From the NCBI GenBank assembly GCA_041576165.1, contig JBFGLM010000029.1:1-61604 (forward strand): a stretch of 61,604 nt of DNA. The letters run 5' to 3'. Made by a program: the position numbers and the translations under genes. The first letter of the stretch is position 1, and the number at the start of each line of letters is the position of its first letter. Positions 28,369-37,614 of the stretch are shown piece by piece. The DNA comes from Acidimicrobiia bacterium. GTDB taxonomy: Bacteria > Actinomycetota > Acidimicrobiia > Spongiisociales > Spongiisociaceae. The notes beneath the pieces are model-generated. The model saw only the letters and a list, made by a program, of their open reading frames with translations, made no database searches and was not told the DNA's origin.

Positions 28369-29774
28369 GTGAACTCCTCTTCGACACTGGTGGTGAACGT
28401 GAGTTGGTTGATCGCTTCTCTCACGAGGCGATCAATCGAGTCGGGAAAGCGTCCGGCGAGCCGCACCAGCTGGTCGAGCACGGTGTGATCGGCCCGTCCC
28501 AGCAATGTGAACAGTGGTCGGAAGGAGGCGGCCGACTCACGTTTGATACCACCGGCCAGGTCGACCACCGCGAGCGACAGGGCAGGCGACCAGCGTTCTG
28601 GCCCTGCCGCCAGCAGCCCGGCGAGCTGGTTGATCCCGAGCTTGCGGAAGGGACGCTTGCCCTTCGCCGCCACGACGAGCCGATCGGTCGCCGTCGCCTC
28701 ATCCAGCAGTTCGAGCAAGGCCGGGTCGGGTGCCGCATCGAACAAGGCGGCCGCCCACGTCGCATCGCGCTGGCGCCGGACCGCATCAATCCATCCGGCG
28801 CGTACTTCCGACAATGGAGGCCGGGCGACCAGCTCCGCCGGCTCGCTGCCAGAGGCCTGCACCCACCAGTCGAGGGGCACCCCGGCAACGATCTGTCGCA
28901 GCCACCATGCCTGCCGTCCGGTGCCCGGTGGTGGCTTCTCGACGATCCCGTCCCGCCCGGCGGCGGCATCGAGCGTTTCGGGGAGTTCTACTGTGAGCTT
29001 GGTGCCAGAGCGTTGAACGGCCACCAGCGGATCGATCCGATCGGCCATCCGCCCGGACCACGCCGAGCCCGGTAGCTGCGCCAGCAGATCGACAGCAACC
29101 CGGCGGATCTTGGTGGACCGTTCGTCGAGCATGGATTCGAGCAGGGGCTCGTCGCCGAGTGACAAACCTTCTTCGAGCGCCCCATACAACTCGGCCCGGT
29201 CGGCGGCCGCGAGCCCCGCAACGGCCTCGACGATCGCCACCTGCCCCGCCGGCGGGTCAGTGCGACGCTGGCTGCGCAGCCAGTCTCCCAGCACGTCGAG
29301 CGGCGCCGACTCAGGATCGACCTCTGCAGCTTCGGCATCGGCGCCGGCCCAGCCCCAGCGCTTCGACATGGCGGCCATCCAGCGGCCACGCTCGCCGATG
29401 ACGGCACGCACCTCGGCTCGGATCGTGACGTCGCGGGTTCCGAGCTCAAGAAGCGGCCGCACCAATTGCGGTGGAACTATTCGATCTGCTCGGCGGCACG
29501 CGCCGAGCCAGGTGCGAGCCAGCACCGGCTTCGACGCCGTCCCGAAATGATCGCTGAGGGCTAGGTCGAGAAGCTGCGCGCCTTTGCCGCTGCATTCGAC
29601 CAGTGTCTCGGGTGATGCATGGTCCGACGTCAGCTGGCGGTGGACAATACGAATGCCGGCCCGACGTCGGGTGGCCTCCCGGCTGAGCATCGCGAGCAGC
29701 TCCGCCTCAGACAGACCCGGGCGGCGTTCGGTACCGACGAGTAGAGCCGCAACGCCGTCGTCCCAACGGGTCAC
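28365..29774 (-). CDS. DUF5691-like helical protein
   Basis: ALLVGTER, GERGRW, DEPLLE..LD.RS..R..A..LL; position between the SWIM and MoxR genes. Confidence 0.75.
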   Translation of the reverse strand: MTRWDDGVAALLVGTERRPGLSEAELLAMLSREATRRRAGIRIVHRQLTSDHASPETLVECSGKGAQLLDLALSDHFGTASKPVLARTWLGACRRADRIVPPQLVRPLLELGTRDVTIRAEVRAVIGERGRWMAAMSKRWGWAGADAEAAEVDPESAPLDVLGDWLRSQRRTDPPAGQVAIVEAVAGLAAADRAELYGALEEGLSLGDEPLLESMLDERSTKIRRVAVDLLAQLPGSAWSGRMADRIDPLVAVQRSGTKLTVELPETLDAAAGRDGIVEKPPPGTGRQAWWLRQIVAGVPLDWWVQASGSEPAELVARPPLSEVRAGWIDAVRRQRDATWAAALFDAAPDPALLELLDEATATDRLVVAAKGKRPFRKLGINQLAGLLAAGPERWSPALSLAVVDLAGGIKRESAASFRPLFTLLGRADHTVLDQLVRLAGRFPDSIDRLVREAINQLTFTTSVEEEFT

Positions 29775-31069
29775 AGCGCCACCAGCTGCTCGTCACGTGA
29801 CACCGCCAGCGGGCGAAACCGTGTTCCGTCCCATTCTCCGAACGCATCGACCGGGCCTGATGCGGCATGTATGACGAGGTCCCACGGCACGAAAGCCTCG
29901 GTGACTCGCACAGCGGCGCCCTCCGAGTCAACCAGCTCCAGTCGCCCATCGCCGACCTGGGGAATCACCGAGGCGAGGGTCATCGGCAGCGGACCGGCGA
30001 AAGGGTTGGCGGCCACCCATACGGCGGCACGGTCGAGGTTGTCCGACACAGTAGAGCCGCCGGGAAGGCCGGACACCGACCCAGTGACCTGCGGCTCAGT
30101 AGCGAACACCACCCGGGCCGGCTCCGATCCAGGATAAGCCGCGAGCGCGCAATCAATGACGGAGCCGACCACGTTGGCGACCCGGAGGCTGCCCGCGGCA
30201 GTGCTGAAGTCGAGCATGACCGCATGCGTACCGTCCGAACTCCTCAGCCAGGTCCGCTGCGCCAGGATCCGCTCCGTGAGGTCCTGGGAAACCCCGAGCA
30301 CGGTCCACGGTCCGGTCAGCCGGACACCGTTCTCGAGCACCTCCGCCTGCGCCCGGGACCACCCGAGATAGGTGCGGAGGTCACCGAACAAGGCTTCGGG
30401 CAGACTGTCGCGCCGCTTCCAGCCCTGCACTGCCAGGTGCCATCGTGACACCTCTCCAAGCAACAGCTCGAGCCAGCCGTCGGCGGCCAGGCCGGCGGCG
30501 GCCACGCGCACCCTGTCGGCCAGCCCGGGTAGCTGTGAGTCGACCAATCGAGCAGCCGTCCGCTCCCAGAACTCGGGCGGCTGAGTGCGGGCAGAAGCGA
30601 GACCTTGCCCGGCGAGGTCGAGGAGCCACTGTTCGAACTCGGCAGCACCCTGATCCATCTTCGCCAGGCGCTCTTCGAGCCGACGAGCTTGCGCCTCAGG
30701 GTCGGGCAGTGCTTTTTCGCTCTTCTTGACGGCGCGCTGCGCCCGTCCCTCCGCCCACTCCGACGCAAAGTCGGCCGGTGCCGCCATGTCGGCGACAACA
30801 CCGTCGGCCTCCGCCCACAGCATGAGGAGCGCAAGGCCGTGTTTGCAGGGGAACTTGCGTGATGGACACGTGCACTTGAAGGCCGGTCCGTTCAGGTCGA
30901 CCGACACCTGATACGGGCTCTTGCCGCTGCCCTGGCACTTGCCCCATGCGAGAGATTTCGTCGCTCCGAGGTCGGACCATGGACCCGGCTTCGCGAGACT
31001 CCGCGCCGCCTTGACGGAGCGCTCGTCCGGCGCCAGCTTCTCGACCTGGGCGCGTGTCCACCTGACCAT
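29771..31069 (-). CDS. SWIM zinc-finger protein, YehQ-like
   Basis: LAPD..S, WGKCQGSGKSPY, CTCPSRKFPCKH; likely start at 31069 or 31078. Confidence 0.88.
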   Translation of the reverse strand: MVRWTRAQVEKLAPDERSVKAARSLAKPGPWSDLGATKSLAWGKCQGSGKSPYQVSVDLNGPAFKCTCPSRKFPCKHGLALLMLWAEADGVVADMAAPADFASEWAEGRAQRAVKKSEKALPDPEAQARRLEERLAKMDQGAAEFEQWLLDLAGQGLASARTQPPEFWERTAARLVDSQLPGLADRVRVAAAGLAADGWLELLLGEVSRWHLAVQGWKRRDSLPEALFGDLRTYLGWSRAQAEVLENGVRLTGPWTVLGVSQDLTERILAQRTWLRSSDGTHAVMLDFSTAAGSLRVANVVGSVIDCALAAYPGSEPARVVFATEPQVTGSVSGLPGGSTVSDNLDRAAVWVAANPFAGPLPMTLASVIPQVGDGRLELVDSEGAAVRVTEAFVPWDLVIHAASGPVDAFGEWDGTRFRPLAVSRDEQLVAL

Positions 31070-31216
31070 TCCGGGCATTATTGCTGCGTATCGGCAGCCT
31101 TCCGCCCGGCCTTCAGCATGTCGCTTCTCCGTCAATGGACCACGAATACCGGCTGCTCGACCTTGAATCTGCCCGCGCCGGCCAGTTGGCGAGACACCAT
31201 GGGGCCGGGCGTAGAC

Positions 31217-34200
31217 TCAGCTCGCGGCGGCGAGCGCATACGCGAGCCACTGTTCGACCAGCGGGCGGTTCTGCGCGATCCACTCCTCAGCGTGGCGCCT
31301 TACGTCTTCTTCACCGTTCTCGCCCCGGCCGAAACGCAGGCTTTGGGCGGCGATGTCCTCCGGGTTGAGTTTGACGACCTCGAACAGGGCCACCGCGGCC
31401 GGATTGGACTCGGCGAAATCTCTGTTGGCGGTGATTCGAATATCCTCGATCGACCAGCCCAGCCAGCAGGGATCGGCGGTGCATTCGTCCCCGAGCCTGG
31501 CCGGGCTGGCGTCGGAGTATTTCAGCCCACTCGCAGTCGTGCCATCCAGCGCGAACTCCTGAGCCCCGAGACTCAACCAACGGACGTTGTCACCCGGGAT
31601 CAGCCTGGCCAGGTACCCAGAAGGACTCCAGCTGTACTGGAGGGCAGGCTGACCTTCACTCACGCGCTCCGCCGCGGCATCGAACAGTTCGTCGTAGTCG
31701 GCTTTCACCTGTTCCAGGTTGGACCAGTCATTCTGGGCAATCATTTCGTCGATGACGTCGTCGCAGGTCCACGACTCGGGGCACCCGAAGATGTCGCCCA
31801 CACCGTTCCCGTCGACGTCGAAGAGAGCGGCGATTGCGGGGTCGTCATTGATCTGGGCCAGGGAGGTGATACCCAGCTCGTCGGCCACCGATCTCGTGAC
31901 CATCAGGCCCTGCAGCCCGGCTCCGATGAGTTCCTGCCCGATGACAACCAGGTTCTCGCCGACTCGGGTGCCGTCGTCCAGCTGCTTGTCATGGTGGGCT
32001 TCGTGTTGTGGATACCAGCCATTGGGCCAGAAGTCGACGGCGCCCCGCGACATCGACACGTAGGCGTCCGACGGCGACTGCTCGCTGTCCGCTGGGTCAG
32101 TGACGGTGTATCCCAGTTCCTCGAGCAAAGCCGCGTACACGGCTGCCTGGAAATACCCGCTCGCCCAATTCGCGCGGCCAACGGTGACCGTGGTGCCGAC
32201 GCCCGGCAACGGCGGGGCGAGCGCCACAGGGTCTGGCTCGGGCACGCTGAGATCACCGACTGCGTACTCGGCGCAGGTGGCACGGTATGCCGTGTCCCGG
32301 GGACCGAACAGCTCCCATTCCGCCGGAGTGAGATTGCGGCCCGCAGCCGAACAGGCGACGTCGACCCAACGTTCGACGTCAACGTCCCACACGAGCGCGT
32401 TGCCTTCGAACGGCGTCACGACCCTCAAGATCTCGCCGGCAACCACCGCATAGGGCAGCCCACCTGGCTGGCTCGGGAATGGCTGACCCAGCTGCCGTCC
32501 CGACTCGTAATGCCACACTCTCGCCACGCCGTCCGCCGCCGAGAACATCCATTCCCCATCGGGGGTGAAAACGGGCGCCTGGGCCGCATGCTCTGTGGCG
32601 ACGTCCGCATCTTGGAGGTTGCGCACGTGCTCCAACGTCACCGCATTGAGCACCCAGATGTCACCCTCTCCGCCGACTGCCACGATTTCTTGCTCGTCGG
32701 GTGTAAACGCCGCGCCCGAAATGCCACCCGGCATGTCAGGCAGCGCTGCCTCTGTTCCGGCGTTCAAGTCGACCACCAGGCCCGAGCTCGGCGCGAAACT
32801 GACCGATGCGGGTCTCGGAACGAGGAACGTCATGACCAACCGGGAGCCGGCAGTATCGAAGTCGGCCGTTCTGATCATTCGCGACATCGAGTAGACAGGC
32901 TGGCGCGTGGCGGTGTCCTCGACCACGGACGAGGTGAAACTTTGCGCGTATGCCACGAGGCGACCGTCATCGCTCCAAGCGGGGAGAACCGACGAGTCGA
33001 GATCGAGGTCGAGTTTCCGCCCGGACGGGAACTCAAAAGCTTCCTGGGTTGCGAAGAATTCCGAGGCCCTGAACAAAATGTCAGCATGAGCCGCGGGTAG
33101 GAATCGAAAGTAGCCCTCCGCCGTCTCGAACGAGGCGACCTCCAACTCAACGTCAAATGCCAGACGAGTGGGCGGGTCGGTTCCGAGGTCCCACATGCCT
33201 TCCTCGACCAATCCGGCCGCCAGCATCCCACCGTCCCGGCCGAGCGACGGCAGCACTGACAAGCCTATGGGCACAGAGGAGGCAACCAGCCTGCTGCCGT
33301 CGAGCGCACCGATGACGACGCCCGCGCCGGAGGCGACCGCAAACCTGGTTCCGTCCGGATCAACTGCCACGGCATTGGTCTGGTTCTGCTGGGTGTCGAG
33401 CACGAAACCGGAGGGCGCCTCGCGGGTTATTCCGCCACTCGTCAACTCGTCGAGCCGCAATGCGATCACCCGCCCGTCGCTCGTGAGCGTCACAGCCCTT
33501 CCCGCCCCGGCGGCCGCGAATCCGCCGATGCTGCCGGCCTGTTCGGGCTCGTTGCGGCCGGTCGGCACCGTGGCCAAGGACAGTCGCTCGCCATCGGACA
33601 GCCGCCATCGGGTTACGAATATGTCACCGGCGACCACGAGCACGTCCGGCGCCTCCGCGTCGAACCAGAAGTAGCGAGGCTCCTGTGCATATCGGAAGTC
33701 GTCATAGGTACCCCAGGAGTTGACTATCTCGGGGCCGGCGGGAGTCAGGTCCGCCACGTGCCATGCCCGCAGAAAGACTCCGCCGGCGGATACGATCGTC
33801 TGTCCTGCGGGGTCGAAGCGGAGCCAGCTCACGCCCTCGAGATCGTATGCCGGGAGATTGAGGGAGACATTCTCGTCGAGGGTGATATCACCCGGATCAC
33901 GTGGCGGATTCGCGAGAACAGATGCGAGCTCCGTGCCCGTCGAGCGGTCGAATAGCCGGAGCCAGCCATCGGGGAATCCAACAGCCACCAACGACCCATC
34001 GTCGGTGATGGCAGCGGCTCGACTCCCATCGCCTGCCGGGAAGGCGCGGATACCGCCGTTGACCACATCGGCCAGATACAGGGCCCCCGCTGCATCGGAA
34101 ATCGCAACGATGCCCGCGGGCGACGTGGCGCGGATACCGCTCGCCGGCGGTCGCGTCTCCGCAGAGATGATCCACGTCGCCGATGGAGGTGTGAGGTCGA

Positions 34201-37200
34201 TCTCGACGGGAAGTCTGACGATTTCCCCGGAACCCAACGACATGACGTGCACCTCGGTCTTGGTGGCACCCACGAGCGTGTCGCCCTCCACCCAGTGCAC
34301 GTCCTGGTAGGCATCGCCTGCGCCCAACACGCCGTGGTAGGGGCCTGCTTCGACCAGCACCCGCTGCAGGGCGCTCAGCCCCTCGAGCCCCGCATCGCGC
34401 CGGAACGCTTCCACGGCCATCAGGAGCGAAACCTGATAGTTGGAGTCCGCAATGAACGCGGCTTCGCTGCCGAGGCGTTTGGTCTCGGTGTCGTAGGCCA
34501 GTTGAGCTGCCTCGCGCCGCTGGGTCAGCGCATAGGCGCCGAACGCGGTCGCGATGAGCGCGGCAGCCGCCAGGGCTCCGGTGATCCGCCTCCGGCGCAA
34601 CGCCCTGCGCCGGTTGAGGTCGGCATCCCGCTCTCGGCTCACCTCCAGGAACGATCGTTCGCTGTCGTTCAGAGCCAGGTCAGAACCGCTGGCCCAGGTG
34701 TCGAATTGGAAAAGTCGTCCACCTGTCGGCAGATAGGTTGCGTCCCGGCCGGAGTCCTCCCATTCTTGGATGGCCGCGTCGAGCCGTCTGCGAAGAACTA
34801 GGTCGTCCCGCTGGCCGCGCAGCCACGAACCCAGCCGATCCCATTCCCGGAGCAGCGCTTCATGTGCGACCTCCACCGTCGGAGCCCTCGAGGTTGGATC
34901 GGAGTCGAAGGTGATCAGCCGATGAGCCCCAAACTGCTGCAGTGCCTCATTGAGTGCCGCCTGGTCGACCTCGAGCGTCGCCAGTTCGGCTCTGGTGACC
35001 CTGCGCCGAACGTATTGGGCTCCCTCCGCGACCGTCACCAGCCGCAGGAAGGCTTGCCGGATGGCGTTCTGCCCGGGTGCAGCCAGCGCGCCGTAGAGCT
35101 GCTCGGCCCGAGCAGCCAGCGCGCCGAGCACGCCACCGGACGCGTGGTACGTGTCCAGCGTGAGGACATCGGTCGATCGCCGGGCGAAAAGCTCGGTCAG
35201 GGTGTATTGCAGGAGCGGCAGGCCGCCCGTCTGGTCCGAGACATCCCGGACGATCTGCGCGGCCAGACCGGATTCGATCTGGAGGCCCACCGCTGCAGCC
35301 GGCCCTTCGATCGCCGCCGCGATCCCCGCCTCATCTGGCATCGTCACGGGCACGAGGCCCTCCTCAACGATCGCACCGAATTCGGGATACGCCAGTGGAC
35401 GGTCGAAGAAGTCGGCCCGCAGGGCAACAACCACGCGCAGCCGGGATCGCGGGTCAGTCACGGCGGCGACCAGGCTGTCGAGAAACAGCGACCGGGTTTG
35501 CTCTGAGGCCACCATCGAGAAGAGCTCCTCAAACTGGTCGATGAGCAGCACTAGTTCGGTTCCGCCGGGAAGGATCGACTTCAAGACCTGCGCAAGTCCT
35601 CGTCTGCCCGAGAGAAGTTGGTCGCTGATCGGAATCTGATTGACAGCGACCCGTCGCAAAGCCGCCTCGAGTTCCTCGAAAGGATGTGCCCCGGGGAACA
35701 TTTCGGTAACGAGCGTCGAATGGACGCCGGACTCGAGCCGGGCAGCCAGACCGGCCTTCATGGCACTCGACTTGCCCGAACCTGACGGTCCAACTACAGC
35801 CACGAGTCTGCGGTCGGTCAGCGTCCGCTGCATACGATCAATGAGGTCGTCGCGGCCAAAGAAGTCGCCGGCATCCGCCACCTGAAACGCCTGCAGACCC
35901 TTGAACGGGTTACGCAGATCTGTTCGTTCTGTAGCAGCCGGTCCCGCCAGCTCGACCACATCGCTACCGAGCACCTGGCGCAGCGCCCGCAGGAAGTCCT
36001 CGACCCGGGTCGACCCATCGAGCGCTCGCTCGAACACGGCCGTCAGCCCGGTCGGGGCGTGATCGGGGGGCAGCGGCTCGTAGCCCCGAGTGGAAAAGAC
36101 GGGAGGCGCGCCCAGCAGGATCTCATGTGCCATCGCAACGAATCCCCGACAGTCGTCGGCTTCGTCTCGGGCGACGCCGCCGACCACAAAATCCGTGAGG
36201 TAGGCGTCGCCGGACCGGCGCACCACCACCGCCTGCGGCGCCACGTCGCCGTGCACGACCCCAGACCGGTGGGCGGCCGCCAGCGCATCGCCGATCTGAC
36301 CGATGAGCTTCACTGCGGTGGATCTGTCGGGCCGCTGGCTCGCCAGATAGTCATTCAGCCGCTCACCCTCGATCCACTGCGTTACCTGATAGACGCGCCC
36401 GGGCTCCCGCCAGGTGTCGTGTATATGGGCGATGTGGGGACTGTCTATCTGGGCGACCCGAACGGTGTCAGCTTCGAAACGCGCGATGAACCCCGGATCA
36501 TTGGCTCGTGCCGCCTCGACCACGCGAACCGTGACTTCACGTCCCATGGAACGCTGATATCCGCGGTAGAGGGTTCCTTTGGCGGTCGTCGAGATGACTT
36601 GGCGCAGCTCGTATCCGCGCACTGCTCTCACCGAGCCCGGTGTTGGATCGTAAGTGAAGTCGAGCGATGCGTCCCGGGACAGAATCAAATCCTCCAGCGA
36701 CGCCAGCTGGTCTGACGGCTCGAGCCCCATCTCCTCGATGAACAGCTCGCGTGTGCGAGCGAAGACCCGAAGAGCCTCTCCGTGCCGCCCCGATCGGTAG
36801 AGCGCCAGCATGTGCTGGGCCCGGAGGCGCTCTCGGAGCGGATATTCAACAGTGAGGCTCTCCAACTCTCCGATGAGTGTCTCATGCCGCCCGAGCGCCA
36901 GGTCGGCATCGATGCGGTCTCCGAGCGCGACTATGCGCAGCTCAGACAATCGAGTGATCTCGGGACGCAGCACCGGCTCCCCGTCGAGGTCGGCGTAGAC
37001 AGTTCCCCGCCACAGCCCGAGGGCGTCGGTCAACCGGCCTGAAGCTTGTTCCGGATCGACCGCGATCAGCGGCTTCGACCCCTCCACCATCTCCGAGAAA
37101 CGCCGCTCGTCCACCTGAGAGTCTTCAACTCGGAGGCAGTAGCCGCCGCGCTCGGTTGCGAGGCTCCCGCCGACTGTGCTGCGGAGGTGATGTACGTACC

Positions 37201-37417
37201 CTTGGAGGGTCTTGCGCGCAGTCGCCGGGACCGAATCTCCCCACAGCCCGTCGATGAGGGCGCCCGTCGAGACACTCCGACCCCTGGCCGCCACGAGTAT
37301 TGCGAGCACCAGCCGTTGCTTCGGCCCGCCGAGTTTGAGCTCTCGGCCGTCCGCCCAGACCGCTAGCGGACCCAGAACCTGGAAACCGGGGCTGAGAGCA
37401 TGCCCGTATCCCGCCAT
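31217..37417 (-). CDS. Multidomain regulator: SARP wHTH-BTAD, pseudokinase, nSTAND1 NTPase, TM, WD40-like propeller, ProX-type betaine-binding domain
   Basis: FQVLGPL, YPLRE, LALYRSGR (BTAD); HGD/DFV kinase remnant; NPFKGL, GPSGSGKSS, IDQFEELF, LPLLQ, HEALL (nSTAND1); TM helix; WD-like repeats; C-terminal GWYPQH / GCPESWTC / YSWSP. Start at 37417 or 37426. Confidence 0.88.
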   Translation of the reverse strand: MAGYGHALSPGFQVLGPLAVWADGRELKLGGPKQRLVLAILVAARGRSVSTGALIDGLWGDSVPATARKTLQGYVHHLRSTVGGSLATERGGYCLRVEDSQVDERRFSEMVEGSKPLIAVDPEQASGRLTDALGLWRGTVYADLDGEPVLRPEITRLSELRIVALGDRIDADLALGRHETLIGELESLTVEYPLRERLRAQHMLALYRSGRHGEALRVFARTRELFIEEMGLEPSDQLASLEDLILSRDASLDFTYDPTPGSVRAVRGYELRQVISTTAKGTLYRGYQRSMGREVTVRVVEAARANDPGFIARFEADTVRVAQIDSPHIAHIHDTWREPGRVYQVTQWIEGERLNDYLASQRPDRSTAVKLIGQIGDALAAAHRSGVVHGDVAPQAVVVRRSGDAYLTDFVVGGVARDEADDCRGFVAMAHEILLGAPPVFSTRGYEPLPPDHAPTGLTAVFERALDGSTRVEDFLRALRQVLGSDVVELAGPAATERTDLRNPFKGLQAFQVADAGDFFGRDDLIDRMQRTLTDRRLVAVVGPSGSGKSSAMKAGLAARLESGVHSTLVTEMFPGAHPFEELEAALRRVAVNQIPISDQLLSGRRGLAQVLKSILPGGTELVLLIDQFEELFSMVASEQTRSLFLDSLVAAVTDPRSRLRVVVALRADFFDRPLAYPEFGAIVEEGLVPVTMPDEAGIAAAIEGPAAAVGLQIESGLAAQIVRDVSDQTGGLPLLQYTLTELFARRSTDVLTLDTYHASGGVLGALAARAEQLYGALAAPGQNAIRQAFLRLVTVAEGAQYVRRRVTRAELATLEVDQAALNEALQQFGAHRLITFDSDPTSRAPTVEVAHEALLREWDRLGSWLRGQRDDLVLRRRLDAAIQEWEDSGRDATYLPTGGRLFQFDTWASGSDLALNDSERSFLEVSRERDADLNRRRALRRRRITGALAAAALIATAFGAYALTQRREAAQLAYDTETKRLGSEAAFIADSNYQVSLLMAVEAFRRDAGLEGLSALQRVLVEAGPYHGVLGAGDAYQDVHWVEGDTLVGATKTEVHVMSLGSGEIVRLPVEIDLTPPSATWIISAETRPPASGIRATSPAGIVAISDAAGALYLADVVNGGIRAFPAGDGSRAAAITDDGSLVAVGFPDGWLRLFDRSTGTELASVLANPPRDPGDITLDENVSLNLPAYDLEGVSWLRFDPAGQTIVSAGGVFLRAWHVADLTPAGPEIVNSWGTYDDFRYAQEPRYFWFDAEAPDVLVVAGDIFVTRWRLSDGERLSLATVPTGRNEPEQAGSIGGFAAAGAGRAVTLTSDGRVIALRLDELTSGGITREAPSGFVLDTQQNQTNAVAVDPDGTRFAVASGAGVVIGALDGSRLVASSVPIGLSVLPSLGRDGGMLAAGLVEEGMWDLGTDPPTRLAFDVELEVASFETAEGYFRFLPAAHADILFRASEFFATQEAFEFPSGRKLDLDLDSSVLPAWSDDGRLVAYAQSFTSSVVEDTATRQPVYSMSRMIRTADFDTAGSRLVMTFLVPRPASVSFAPSSGLVVDLNAGTEAALPDMPGGISGAAFTPDEQEIVAVGGEGDIWVLNAVTLEHVRNLQDADVATEHAAQAPVFTPDGEWMFSAADGVARVWHYESGRQLGQPFPSQPGGLPYAVVAGEILRVVTPFEGNALVWDVDVERWVDVACSAAGRNLTPAEWELFGPRDTAYRATCAEYAVGDLSVPEPDPVALAPPLPGVGTTVTVGRANWASGYFQAAVYAALLEELGYTVTDPADSEQSPSDAYVSMSRGAVDFWPNGWYPQHEAHHDKQLDDGTRVGENLVVIGQELIGAGLQGLMVTRSVADELGITSLAQINDDPAIAALFDVDGNGVGDIFGCPESWTCDDVIDEMIAQNDWSNLEQVKADYDELFDAAAERVSEGQPALQYSWSPSGYLARLIPGDNVRWLSLGAQEFALDGTTASGLKYSDASPARLGDECTADPCWLGWSIEDIRITANRDFAESNPAAVALFEVVKLNPEDIAAQSLRFGRGENGEEDVRRHAEEWIAQNRPLVEQWLAYALAAAS

Positions 37418-37439
37418 AGGGAGCATCGTCGACCCGTCC

Positions 37440-37608
37440 GGTTGACGAACGGTTGGAGCCGCGATTCCTGTCTCTCGCAGCCTACGCAGTCAGCTCTCCC
37501 CTATGGCGGCCCGATTGGCGAGGCCGAGATCGGCCGCCACCGGTTTGACCCGTTCCAACCGAACTCCAACCAGGGCTGGGAGGTTGTCCAACCGGCCGGT
37601 CGGACGGT
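37440..37608. promoter_or_regulatory. Divergent SARP-type operator region with TCCAACC heptamers
   Basis: TCCAACC at 37554, 37565 and 37587 (+); inverted TCCAACC at 37451-37457 and GTCAACC at 37440-37446 (-). Confidence 0.65.
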
Positions 37609-37614
37609 GCGGTC

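Noticed and set aside
31118-33100. 660-aa plus-strand ORF
   Set aside because: Antisense shadow of the SARP-STAND gene; no motifs; expected from GC codon bias
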